Of a stretch of DNA of 64,000 nucleotides, positions 27,585 to 36,600 are shown in pieces. The notes beneath the pieces are model-generated. The model saw only the letters and a program-made list of their open reading frames with translations, did not search any database and had not been told where the DNA came from. The translations under genes were made by a program, and so were the position numbers. The DNA is taken from the NCBI GenBank assembly GCA_963727505.1, contig CAVSGP010000009.1:224001-288000 (forward strand), written 5' to 3'. This DNA is from an uncultured Trueperaceae bacterium (GTDB lineage Bacteria > Deinococcota > Deinococci > Deinococcales > Trueperaceae). Position 1 is the stretch's first letter. Each line of letters opens with the position of its first letter.

Positions 27585-28055
27585 ATGCGTCTACCTGGAA
27601 TCGAACGCTACCTGCGGGACCCTCGGCTTCCGCGACCCCACGCCGCCGCCGTGCTGCGTGGCGTGTTCGCCGCGATGTTCCTGGGGCAGATGGTGGTGGC
27701 GCTGGTGCTGGCGGTGGTGGTGCGGCTCGTCAGCGACCTTCACACCAGTCCGAGCCCGCTGCTCGGCTGGGTGCTGGTGCTGCTCTCGATGCTCGAGCTT
27801 CCCCTGGGCGTCGTGCTTGCCGGCATCGCGGGCCGCGGCGACGACCGGCGGCGGGCGCTGTCGGCCGCCCTGCTCGGCGCGGTGATCCTGTCCACACCGG
27901 CATGGTTCGCGGCGCTGGCGCTGGCCACCGGTCAGCGCGGTGCACCGGTCTTCGTCCTGTGGGGCTTGCTGGCGCTGTACTACGGCTTCGGCGTGGCAGG
28001 AGCCGGCCGGCTGGCCGCGCGCGCCGTCGGAGCACCGCCCGCATCGCGGGTCTGA
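27585..28055 (+). CDS. Hypothetical 4-TM membrane protein
   Basis: Hydrophobic ORF with coding-like codon bias; start uncertain. Confidence 0.65.
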   Translation: MRLPGIERYLRDPRLPRPHAAAVLRGVFAAMFLGQMVVALVLAVVVRLVSDLHTSPSPLLGWVLVLLSMLELPLGVVLAGIAGRGDDRRRALSAALLGAVILSTPAWFAALALATGQRGAPVFVLWGLLALYYGFGVAGAGRLAARAVGAPPASRV

Positions 28056-28085
28056 GCTGCAGGCGCGGGAATCGCGCTCGCTCGC

Positions 28086-28577
28086 CTACCCGTCGCCGGA
28101 AGCGCTCTCGCGCTCGCTCTGATCGAACCACTCCCGCCAGTCCCAGGAACTCTTGAGGACCTCCGCGAGTTGGAAGGTCTCGGTGCTCGTGATGTCGGGA
28201 CAGCGGCGGGGGAGCTCGTCGGACACGAACGTGTGCAATCCCTTGACGCTGCTGTGCAGGGTCTGGATGACGATGTCCGCCTGCCCGAAGGACGTTCCCA
28301 CGAAGCGCACATAGGGGAGCTTGGCGAGATCGGCCGCGGTCCGCATGACGGTTCCAGGGCGAACGCGAACCAGGATGATGGCGGCGGCCTCGACCCCGAG
28401 CTGCAGTGGATCGCCAACAGCGGTGATGTGGATGAGCCGGCGTTCCTGGAGTCGGGTGACGCGCGAGCGAACGGTGCTCTCGGCCACAGCCAGGTCCCGG
28501 GCGATGTCTCGGAACGGCCGGCGCCCGTCGTCCTCCAGGGCGACGATGATCGCCTTGTCCAGCTTGTCGAGATGCAT
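28086..28577 (-). CDS. Lrp/AsnC family transcriptional regulator
   Basis: LDKLDKAII..LEDDGRRPFRDIARDL..ESTVRSRV; C-terminal RAM domain. Confidence 0.92.
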   Translation of the reverse strand: MHLDKLDKAIIVALEDDGRRPFRDIARDLAVAESTVRSRVTRLQERRLIHITAVGDPLQLGVEAAAIILVRVRPGTVMRTAADLAKLPYVRFVGTSFGQADIVIQTLHSSVKGLHTFVSDELPRRCPDITSTETFQLAEVLKSSWDWREWFDQSERESASGDG

Positions 28578-28854
28578 GCGGCCTCCCTGCGCGGCGCTGC
28601 CTGCCTTTGGCAACGCATTCAGCATAACGATGCCCGTCCCGGTTGACAATGCGTAATAATCTAGCTTTACTTGTATCACCATGCGCAATTGAGCCCCGGC
28701 GTTCTCGCGGCGGGCCTCGTGGTGCGAGGCATGGTCGCCTAGGAGCATGCAGGAGGGAGGCCCGTACGCCCTGAGCGGTAGCGAGGTGTGAAGAGGACAC
28801 ACGTTCGAAGGGCTGCGCAGAGCGCGGCCAGGGAACCAGGACAAGGAGAGAGTC

Positions 28855-30642
28855 GTGGGCCACAAACGGAAGGACGCCGACGCGGCCGAGCACAAGGCGC
28901 TCGAGCGCGAGATCGACGAAGCCAAGAAATACGACCCCGAGGATCCACTGTTCGGGTTGACCGTGGAGGAACTGAGCGGGCCGCGGTTGAGCCGACGGGC
29001 CGTCCTTCGCCTGATGGCGGCGGCCGGTGTCCTGTCCGCCCTGCGCTTCACGCCCGGCCTGGAGTCCGTCGCCTACGCGCAGGGAACCACAGGCGGACAC
29101 CTGAAGGCGGGTTGGGCTGGCGTCGGTGAGATCCGGACGCTGGACCCTGCCCAGATCAACCAGGTGCTCGAGTTCCAGATCGCCTCCAACGTGCTCGGAG
29201 GCCTGACCCACATCAACCCGAAGCTGGTCGCGGAGGGCGACCTGGCCGAGGACTGGACGGTGTCGTCCGACGGGCTGCACTACACGTTCAAGCTGCGCCA
29301 GGGCGTCACCTTCCACAACGGCGACCCGTTCACCGCCGACGACGTGCTCTACACCTACAACCGCTCCAAGGACCCCAACCAGTCCATCCAGGCCAGCGTG
29401 CTCGAGGGCGTCGACAGCGTCGACAAGGTCGACGACTACACGGTGCGGTTCAACCTCAAGGCGCCGCAGGCGTCGTTCCTGGTGAAGGTGCTGGAGCGCT
29501 CGAGCGGCCGCGCCATGGCGATCGTGAACCAGCGTGCCATCAAGGAGATGGGGGAGTCCGACTACGGGCTCAAGCCGGTCGGCACCGGCCCCTTCAAGGT
29601 GACCGGGCACCAGTTGGGGCAGGGCGTCGAGCTGGCCAAGTTCGAGAACTACTACGACCCCTCGCGGCCGAAACTGGACCGCGTGACCATCACCCCGATC
29701 GTCGAGCCGGAGCCGCTGGCGGCGGCTATCGAAGCAGGCGACATCCAGATCATCGGCGGTAACCCGCCCGCGGCCGAGCTGATCGACCGTTTCGTGTCGA
29801 ACCCCGACCTGGTCGTGAGTCAGATCCCGGGGCCCGGCTTCCAGTCGCTGTGGATCAACCCCTGGCGCGACGCTTTCAAGGTGACCGACTTCAACAAGCC
29901 GTTCTCGGAGCTGGTGCAGGAGAAGGGCTTCATGGTGCGGCTTGCCATCGCCAAGGCGTTCGACCGGGCCGACTTCATCAAACGCGCCCTGTTCGGCCGC
30001 GGCGTGCCCGCCTTCGGGACCATCAACCCGGCCATGGGCTACTTCTACGACGATGCCATCGACGGCACGAGCGAGCAGCGCTTCGACGTCGCCGCGGCCC
30101 AGAAACTGCTGGCCGACGCCGGCTTCCCCGGCGGCAAGGGCTTCCCGACGCTGAAGCTCTCCATCACGCCGGCCGGGCGGCGCGAGGGCCAGATCATCGC
30201 CGACATCCTCAAGCGCAACCTCGGCATCACGGTGGAGCTCGACGCCAAGGACTTCCCGGTGCTCATCGACCAGTTCGACGCCAACAATTACGACCTGTTG
30301 CGCATCGGCTCGGGCGGCGACTACGATCCGGACGACGGCCTGGTCGACTGGATGCTGACCACCTCGAAGTTCAACGGGCCCAACCGCGACAAGGCCACCG
30401 AGGACTTCGGCTACTTCTCGGACAAGCAGGTCGACGCGCTCGTCGCCCAGGAGCGGACGGAGCCCGACCTGGCCAAGCGCAAGGCGCTGGTGCAGCAGGC
30501 CAACAAGATCACCTCCGACAAGGTGGCGTCCGCCTTCCTCTACCACCCGCTCGACATCCTGGTTTATCGCAAGGACATCGTCTACCCGGCCGAGAGTCGC
30601 ATCCCCGGCCTGGTCGACTTGGACCGCGTCACCTTCGCGTAG
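28855..30642 (+). CDS. Peptide/nickel-type (family 5) ABC substrate-binding protein, Tat-exported
   Basis: SRRAVL twin-Arg, LAEDWTVSSDG..LRQGVTFHNG, PVGTGPF. Confidence 0.92.
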   Translation: MGHKRKDADAAEHKALEREIDEAKKYDPEDPLFGLTVEELSGPRLSRRAVLRLMAAAGVLSALRFTPGLESVAYAQGTTGGHLKAGWAGVGEIRTLDPAQINQVLEFQIASNVLGGLTHINPKLVAEGDLAEDWTVSSDGLHYTFKLRQGVTFHNGDPFTADDVLYTYNRSKDPNQSIQASVLEGVDSVDKVDDYTVRFNLKAPQASFLVKVLERSSGRAMAIVNQRAIKEMGESDYGLKPVGTGPFKVTGHQLGQGVELAKFENYYDPSRPKLDRVTITPIVEPEPLAAAIEAGDIQIIGGNPPAAELIDRFVSNPDLVVSQIPGPGFQSLWINPWRDAFKVTDFNKPFSELVQEKGFMVRLAIAKAFDRADFIKRALFGRGVPAFGTINPAMGYFYDDAIDGTSEQRFDVAAAQKLLADAGFPGGKGFPTLKLSITPAGRREGQIIADILKRNLGITVELDAKDFPVLIDQFDANNYDLLRIGSGGDYDPDDGLVDWMLTTSKFNGPNRDKATEDFGYFSDKQVDALVAQERTEPDLAKRKALVQQANKITSDKVASAFLYHPLDILVYRKDIVYPAESRIPGLVDLDRVTFA

Positions 30643-30662
30643 GCGCGGCGCGGCGTACGTTC

Positions 30663-30693
30663 GGTTGCGGGGCCTCGTAGGGGCCCCGCAACC
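30663..30693 (+). terminator. Intercistronic hairpin after the substrate-binding-protein gene
   Basis: GGTTGCGGGGCC-TCGTAGG-GGCCCCGCAACC. Confidence 0.55.
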
Positions 30694-30758
30694 CCTCGCG
30701 CCGCCTCGCACGAGGCTCTTTCGATCGGCCCCTCGCGGGGGCCCGAGGTAGGACTACC

Positions 30759-31706
30759 GTGACGACCTATCTTCTGAAGCGGATCGTGGCCGCCATCGTG
30801 GTGATGTGGGCCGTGGCGACCCTCGTGTTCTTCATGTTGCGGGCGGTGCCGGGGGACCCCCTGCAGGCCATGCTCTTCGACATCGGCGACCCCCACGCCG
30901 CCGACGTGCTGCGTCACAAGTACGGGCTCGACAAGCCCGTGTACGTGCAGTACGGCCTGTGGATGTGGAACATCGCGCACGGCGACCTCGGCGCCTCGAT
31001 CTACGGCAGCCGGGTTCCGGTAACGCAGATCATCTCGGAGTCGCTGCCGCGCACCATGTCGCTGGCGTTGCTCGCCTTCGTCATCGCCATGGCCATCGCG
31101 GTTCCCGCCGGCATCATCTCGGCCGTTCGCAAGAACTCGGCCCTGGACCACGGCTTCACGTTCCTGGCGTTCCTGGGCCTGTCGATGCCCGACTTCTGGC
31201 TCGGCATCGTGTTGATCATCGTGTTCGCGGTGCATCTGCGGTGGTTCCCGGCCATCGGCTACGCGCCTTTGAGCGACGGCTTCATCCCCTGGATCCGCCA
31301 CCTGATCCTGCCGGCGACCGCCATCGGCACCGCCTTCTCCGCCATCCTGGCTCGCATGATCCGTTCCTCCATGCTCGAGGTGATGAAGATGGACTTCATC
31401 ACCGTGGCCCGCTCCAAGGGGCTGGTCGAGAACCGGGTGGTGTTGAAGCACGCGTTCCGCAACGCCCTCATCCCCGTGGTCACCGTCACCGGCATCGCCT
31501 TCGCGCTGCTCATGGCGGGGGCGGTGGTGGTGGAGAACGTCTTCGCCATCAAGGGGCTGGGACGGGTGTTGATCCAGGGCATCCTGAACCGCGACTACCC
31601 GGTGGTGCAGGGGGCGATCCTGGTTGTCTCCGCCATCTTCGTTGCGACGAATCTCGTGGTCGACGTGCTCTACACGGTCATCGACCCCCGCATCCGGTTG
31701 AGGTGA
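30759..31706 (+). CDS. ABC transporter permease (DppB/OppB-like)
   Basis: PGDP, SMPDFWLG, ARSKGL, NRDYPVVQG, DPRIR. Confidence 0.93.
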   Translation: MTTYLLKRIVAAIVVMWAVATLVFFMLRAVPGDPLQAMLFDIGDPHAADVLRHKYGLDKPVYVQYGLWMWNIAHGDLGASIYGSRVPVTQIISESLPRTMSLALLAFVIAMAIAVPAGIISAVRKNSALDHGFTFLAFLGLSMPDFWLGIVLIIVFAVHLRWFPAIGYAPLSDGFIPWIRHLILPATAIGTAFSAILARMIRSSMLEVMKMDFITVARSKGLVENRVVLKHAFRNALIPVVTVTGIAFALLMAGAVVVENVFAIKGLGRVLIQGILNRDYPVVQGAILVVSAIFVATNLVVDVLYTVIDPRIRLR

Positions 31707-31711
31707 AGCGT

Positions 31712-32617
31712 ATGGCCGAATCCGTTCCGCTCGGACCGACCGCCGTCCAGACGGTGCCCGCCCGCCGCAAGAGGGCGCGCTGGCTCAAGCTGCTGCTCGC
31801 CGACCGGCGCGCGCTCGTGTCCCTGGTGGTGCTGGTGGTGCTGGTCGGCGCCGCCGCCCTGGCGCCGTACGTCTCGCCGGCCGACCCTACCTCGATGGCC
31901 TTCGGCATGATGAGCCCGCCGAGCTGGGCCCACCCCTTCGGCACCGACGATCTCGGCCGCGATTTGCTCAGCCGTGTCATCTACGGCGCGCGGATCTCGC
32001 TGTTCGTGGGCATCGTGACGGTCGTGTCCTCGATGCTGCTGGGCGTGCTCATGGGCCTGTTGGCCGGTTACTACGGCGGCTGGCTCGACACCATCATCAT
32101 GCGCTACATCGATCTCCAGTGGGCGTTCCCCAACTTCATCATCGCCGTGTACCTGGTGGCCGTCTTCGGCACCGGCCTCAGCAACGTCATCATCGCCGTG
32201 GCGCTGGCTTTCCTGGACGACTTCGCGCGGATCGCACGGGGCATGGTGCTGACCGTCCGGGAGCGCGATTACGTGGAGGCCGCGCGGGCGTTGGGAGCGT
32301 CGGACGTGCGGTTGATGCTACGCCACATCCTGCCGAACTCCATGGCACCGCTCATCGTCCAGGCGACCGTCAGCGTGTCCTACGCCATCCTGGCGGAGGC
32401 CAGCCTCAGCTTCCTGGGACTCGGTGTGAAGGCGTCGACGCCCACCTGGGGGCTCATCCTCAGCGATGCCCGCAGCTTCATCAGCCGCGCCTGGTGGCTC
32501 GGCATCTTCCCGGGGCTCGCCATCATGATCACGGTGCTGACCATCAACTTCTTCGGGGACTACCTTCGTGACTTGTTCGACGTGCGCGAGACGAGTGTGG
32601 AAGGGGAGGGAGCGTGA
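31712..32617 (+). CDS. ABC transporter permease (DppC/OppC-like)
   Basis: HPFGTDDLGRD, YVEAARALGAS, EASLSFLGLG. Confidence 0.93.
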   Translation: MAESVPLGPTAVQTVPARRKRARWLKLLLADRRALVSLVVLVVLVGAAALAPYVSPADPTSMAFGMMSPPSWAHPFGTDDLGRDLLSRVIYGARISLFVGIVTVVSSMLLGVLMGLLAGYYGGWLDTIIMRYIDLQWAFPNFIIAVYLVAVFGTGLSNVIIAVALAFLDDFARIARGMVLTVRERDYVEAARALGASDVRLMLRHILPNSMAPLIVQATVSVSYAILAEASLSFLGLGVKASTPTWGLILSDARSFISRAWWLGIFPGLAIMITVLTINFFGDYLRDLFDVRETSVEGEGA

Positions 32618-32689
32618 CGGTCGGCAGGCGATCGCGCCAGCATCGGGGTCCGGGCGCTCGCGCCCGGCGGGGACGGTAGACTCGGCATC

Positions 32690-33232
32690 ATGCGGCTCTT
32701 CCAACTGTTCTGGTCGTTCGCCAAGGTCGGGCTTTTCGGCTTCGGCGGCGGTCCCTCGATGATCCCCCTCATCCAGGAGGAGGTCGTCGAGGTGCAGCAC
32801 TGGCTCACCAAGGACGAGTTCCTCGACGCCTTCGCCTTCGGCAATTCGCTGCCGGGTCCCATCGCCACCAAGATGGCTGGGTACGTCGGCTTCAAGGTGT
32901 CGGGTTGGCCCGGCGCGGCGATGGGGCTCATCGGGGTCGCGGTGCCCACCATCATCGCGATGATCGCGCTCGGCAGCCTCTACCTGCGCTACCGCAACAA
33001 CCCCGTGTTCGAGCACTTCCTTCGGGGAGTGCGCCCGGTGGTGATCGCGCTCCTGGCCCTGGTCGTGTGGGAATTCGCTCCCCGCGCGTTCGGCATGCCC
33101 CCGCAGTGGCTGAAGAACTGGTCGCTGTGGCTGCTGGCCGCCGGCGCGTTCTTCCTCTCCATCCGTTTCAACGTGCACCCGGCGCTGCTGATCGTGGCCG
33201 GTGGGCTGTTGGGGATCTTCGTGATCCACTAG
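32690..33232 (+). CDS. Short-chain chromate transporter (CHR family)
   Basis: GFGGG, LPGPIA, GVRPVV. Confidence 0.88.
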   Translation: MRLFQLFWSFAKVGLFGFGGGPSMIPLIQEEVVEVQHWLTKDEFLDAFAFGNSLPGPIATKMAGYVGFKVSGWPGAAMGLIGVAVPTIIAMIALGSLYLRYRNNPVFEHFLRGVRPVVIALLALVVWEFAPRAFGMPPQWLKNWSLWLLAAGAFFLSIRFNVHPALLIVAGGLLGIFVIH

Positions 33233-33381
33233 GGTCGAGGCGTGGGGGGCGATGCGGGGGTAGGTGATTCACCCGCCATCCCCTCGCCGGGGCGACGGGT
33301 AGACTGCCCGGACTGCGGCGGGACCGTCGTCGGGACGATCGCGTCGCGCCGGCATGCCGGCCGGCAGGGAAGGAGGCCGCC

Positions 33382-33828
33382 ATGGCCACAGCCAATATCG
33401 GCGATACCGTACGCGTCCATTACACAGGACGCCTCGACGACGGCACCGTCTTCGATTCCTCTCGCGAGCGCGAACCCCTCGAGTTCACCGTGGGTACCGG
33501 ACAGGTGATCTCCGGTTTCGAACGTGCGGTCGAAGGGATGGAGGTCGGCGAGGCGCGTGAAGCGCGCATCGAAGCCGACGACGCCTACGGGGAGCGGCGC
33601 GACGACCTCGTGCTCGACCTACCCAAGGAGCAGGTCCCCGAGGACATGGAGATCGCGCCGGGCATGCGGCTCGAGCTGCGCCAGCCCGATGGGCAGGCCG
33701 TGCCCGTCACCGTTGCCGAGGTGGGTGAGGAGAGCGTCACGCTCGACGCCAACCACCCGCTGGCGGGTCAGCCGTTGACGTTCGAGCTCGAGCTCGTTGA
33801 GATCGAGGGCGGCTCCGCCCAGCAGTGA
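33382..33828 (+). CDS. FKBP-type peptidyl-prolyl isomerase (SlyD/SlpA-like)
   Basis: VHYTGRLDDGTVFDSS, DANHPLAG. Confidence 0.93.
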   Translation: MATANIGDTVRVHYTGRLDDGTVFDSSREREPLEFTVGTGQVISGFERAVEGMEVGEAREARIEADDAYGERRDDLVLDLPKEQVPEDMEIAPGMRLELRQPDGQAVPVTVAEVGEESVTLDANHPLAGQPLTFELELVEIEGGSAQQ

Positions 33829-33832
33829 TCCC

Positions 33833-34213
33833 GTGCGTCGGGCGCATCCGCGTCGTCGAGGCCGCCGCAGCAGATGGGCTTACGCGCTGCGCGCGTGTCA
33901 CGACGATGGATGGCGCTTGCGCTTCAACGACCGCTTGCGCTTCCACGACGGGGTGACGCGCCGCGGCAACGCGGTGTTCCCTGCGCGCGCCGGTCGGGAT
34001 GCGCTCACGGTCGAGATGGAAGCCGCCGAGTCGTTCTACGAGGCGCGCGACAGCATGGCCAGCTTCCAGGTCAGGGTGGTCTCGCGTCCGCCCGGCCTGC
34101 GTCGTGACAAGGACGCTCGCGACCCGGCGTGCGTGCGACGGCTGGGAGACGCCATCCTGACGGAGTCGGTCCGGATGGAAACGTCGCTCGTGACGAGTGT
34201 GGCTCGTGACTAG
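33833..34213 (+). CDS. Hypothetical protein
   Basis: Open frame filling the gap between the FKBP gene and mreB; moderately GC3-biased; start uncertain. Confidence 0.45.
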   Translation: MRRAHPRRRGRRSRWAYALRACHDDGWRLRFNDRLRFHDGVTRRGNAVFPARAGRDALTVEMEAAESFYEARDSMASFQVRVVSRPPGLRRDKDARDPACVRRLGDAILTESVRMETSLVTSVARD

Positions 34214-35220
34214 TAACGCAGCACGGTGCTGCGCGCGTCCTGCAGAACGTGCGACATGTCGAGCGCCTTGGCCGTCCCCAGCACCACGCAGTCCTCCGGC
34301 GTCTCGGCCACCGCGACCGGGATGTTGGTCACGCGCCTGAGGAAGGCATCGAGGTCGCGAAGCTTGGCGCCGCCCCCCGTCATCACGATGCCGCGTTCGA
34401 TCACGTCCGAGACCAGCTCGGGGGGTGCGTGCTCGAGAACCTTTCGCACGCCCGCAGCGATCTTGTCCAGCGATCCACTCAGGCTCCGCACGACGTCCTC
34501 GGTGGTGATGGTCACGCTCTTGGGCATGCCGTCGATCAGGTCGCGGCCGCGCACCTCCATGGTGCGCTCCTCCTCGTCCGAGGAGATCACCGCGGCGCCG
34601 ACCGTGCGCTTGATCTCTTCGGCGGTACGGTCGCCGATGAGCAGGTTGTGTTGAGCCTTCACGAAGGCCATGAGGTCGCGGTCGAAGGTGTTGCCGGCGA
34701 TACGCAGGCTCTCGGAGACCACGATGCCGCCCATGCTGATGATGGCGATGTCGGTGGTGCCGCCGCCGATGTCGATGACCATCGAGCCGACCGGATCGGC
34801 GATGTTGACGCCCGCGCCGATGGCGCCGGCCACCGGCTCCTCGATCAGGAAGGCCTTGCGCGCCCCGATCTCATTGACCGCCTGGAGCACGGCGCGCTTC
34901 TCGACCTCGGTGATGCCGCTGGGGATGCAGACCATGATGTTGGGACGCAGCAGACGGTTGGCGCCGGTCAGGACCTTCGAGATGAAGGCCTTGAGCATCT
35001 TCTCGGTGAGGGTGTAGTCGGCGATGACGCCGTCGGCCATGGGCCTCACGGCGGTGATGTTGCCCGGTGTCCGACCGAGCATGCGGTAGGCGTCCTGACC
35101 GACGGCCTTGACGTCGGTGGTGCCCTTGACGACCGCGATCACGGCGGGCTCGCGGAGCATCACGCCCTTGCCCTTGACATGGATGCGGACGTTGGTGGTA
35201 CCCAGGTCTACGCCGATCAT
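34210..35220 (-). CDS. mreB: Rod shape-determining actin-like protein MreB/Mbl
   Basis: GVDLGT, RPMADGVIAD, IDIGGGTT, MTGGGA. Confidence 0.93.
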   Translation of the reverse strand: MIGVDLGTTNVRIHVKGKGVMLREPAVIAVVKGTTDVKAVGQDAYRMLGRTPGNITAVRPMADGVIADYTLTEKMLKAFISKVLTGANRLLRPNIMVCIPSGITEVEKRAVLQAVNEIGARKAFLIEEPVAGAIGAGVNIADPVGSMVIDIGGGTTDIAIISMGGIVVSESLRIAGNTFDRDLMAFVKAQHNLLIGDRTAEEIKRTVGAAVISSDEEERTMEVRGRDLIDGMPKSVTITTEDVVRSLSGSLDKIAAGVRKVLEHAPPELVSDVIERGIVMTGGGAKLRDLDAFLRRVTNIPVAVAETPEDCVVLGTAKALDMSHVLQDARSTVLRY

Positions 35221-35314
35221 GGCGCTACGCTAACAGGTCTGTGTGAGGGCCGTGCGAAGGAGGGCGGGCAGCACGACGGGCACGCGCGTTAGCATGAGGC
35301 GCGAGGAGGCCCGC

Positions 35315-36319
35315 ATGAAGGCGATCGTGGTTGGCGAAGGCGGCGAGCTCGCGTACCGCGAGGTACCGGAACCGGCCCTGAGGCCCGGCGAGGTGATGGT
35401 CGACGTCCATGCCACGGCGCTCAACCGCGCCGACTTGTCGCAACGGGCAGGGCACTACCCTCCGCCCCAGGGGGAGAGTGAGATCCTGGGCCTCGAGGTG
35501 GCGGGCGTCGTGCGTGAGGTACCCGGGGGCGTGCACGGGGTGCACGCCGGGGACCGGGTCTGTGCCCTGTTGCCCGGCGGCGGATACGCCGAGCGCGTGG
35601 CGGTCCCGGCGGGCATGCTGATGCCGGTGCCCGAGGGCTGGAGCTTCGCCCAGGCGGCCGCCCTGCCGGAGGCTGCGTTCACCGCCTTCCTCAACCTCTT
35701 CCTGGAGGCGGGGCTGCGTGCCGGCGAACGCGTGCTCATCCATGGGGGTGCTAGCGGCGTCGGAACGGCAGCCATCCAGCAGGCCGTCCTCGCCGGCGCT
35801 GCGGTCTACACCACGGCCGGCAGCGACGAGAAGGTGGCGGCCTGCCGCGACCTCGGCGCCGAGCTCGCCATCCCTTACCGGCAGCGGGACTTCGCCGAGG
35901 TCATCCAGGAGCACGTCGGCGTCGGCGCTGGCGACGGCTGCGTCGACGTCATCCTCGACATGGTTGGCGAAGCCTACTTCGAGCGCAACCTCGAGCTCCT
36001 GCGCCTCGGTGGGCGCATGGTGTTCATCGCCACGCTCAGCGGCCGCCAGGCGAGCTTCGACATCCGCCGGCTGATGGCGAAACGGGCGACGCTGAAGGGG
36101 TCGACGCTCCGCTCCCGTCCGCCGGGCGAGAAGGTGCGCATCCGCGAGGCCTTCGAGGAGCGCTTCGGGCAGGCGCTGGCCGAGGGGCGTCTCGACCCTG
36201 TCATCGACAGCGTCGTTCCGATCGAGCGGGCCGCCGAGGCGCACGAGCGCATGCAGGCCAACCGCAACATCGGCAAGATCGTGCTGCTGGTGCGCGAAGG
36301 GGCGGAGCGCTCGGCCTGA
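35315..36319 (+). CDS. NAD(P)H-quinone oxidoreductase (PIG3 family)
   Basis: NRADLSQRAGHYPPP, ILGLEVAG, IHGGASGVG, NIGKIVL. Confidence 0.92.
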   Translation: MKAIVVGEGGELAYREVPEPALRPGEVMVDVHATALNRADLSQRAGHYPPPQGESEILGLEVAGVVREVPGGVHGVHAGDRVCALLPGGGYAERVAVPAGMLMPVPEGWSFAQAAALPEAAFTAFLNLFLEAGLRAGERVLIHGGASGVGTAAIQQAVLAGAAVYTTAGSDEKVAACRDLGAELAIPYRQRDFAEVIQEHVGVGAGDGCVDVILDMVGEAYFERNLELLRLGGRMVFIATLSGRQASFDIRRLMAKRATLKGSTLRSRPPGEKVRIREAFEERFGQALAEGRLDPVIDSVVPIERAAEAHERMQANRNIGKIVLLVREGAERSA

Positions 36320-36334
36320 GGAACCCCGCGCCGT

Positions 36335-36420
36335 GAGACGGCGCCACAGGGACGCGGCCACAGGGACGCTGCTAACAGAGACGCTGCCAACAGAGACGCG
36401 GCTGCAGAGCCGCGGCCACA
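36335..36420 (+). repeat. Six degenerate tandem 14-15 bp repeats
   Basis: GAGACGGCGCCACA, GGGACGCGGCCACA, GGGACGCTGCTAACA, GAGACGCTGCCAACA, GAGACGCGGCTGCA, GAGCCGCGGCCACA. Confidence 0.85.
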
Positions 36421-36555
36421 AAGGAACCTTGAGAGCAACCTCGCAGGGGGGCAGCGGAAGCGAGACGACCCTCAAAGTTCTCCTCGAGGTTAGCAGGGGG
36501 GTCGCGGAGCACAGCTGCCCACGCCACCATTGGCCGGTCGGTTGTGGGCAACCTT
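36421..36555 (-). ncRNA. Candidate structured small RNA (unassigned family)
   Basis: 21-bp stem with 5 G-U pairs that form only on the minus strand, a second stem, and a duplicated UCCGCnnCCCCCCUGC motif. Confidence 0.45.
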
Positions 36556-36600
36556 CCCGGGCGGGACCGGTTCGAGCGGCCCCACGTATACTGAGCGCGC

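Noticed and set aside
27730..30711. 993-aa antisense ORF (similarly 2117-4216, 5410-8256, 50604-53156, 56788-58851)
   Set aside because: Typical stop-poor shadow frames of high-GC genes, with no recognisable motifs
36335..36420. Possible CRISPR array
   Set aside because: Units are 14-15 bp, contiguous and have no unique spacers; no cas genes in the window
36421..36560. SRP RNA, 6S RNA, tmRNA or RNase P RNA
   Set aside because: The conserved signature sequences of these RNAs are not recognisable on either strand
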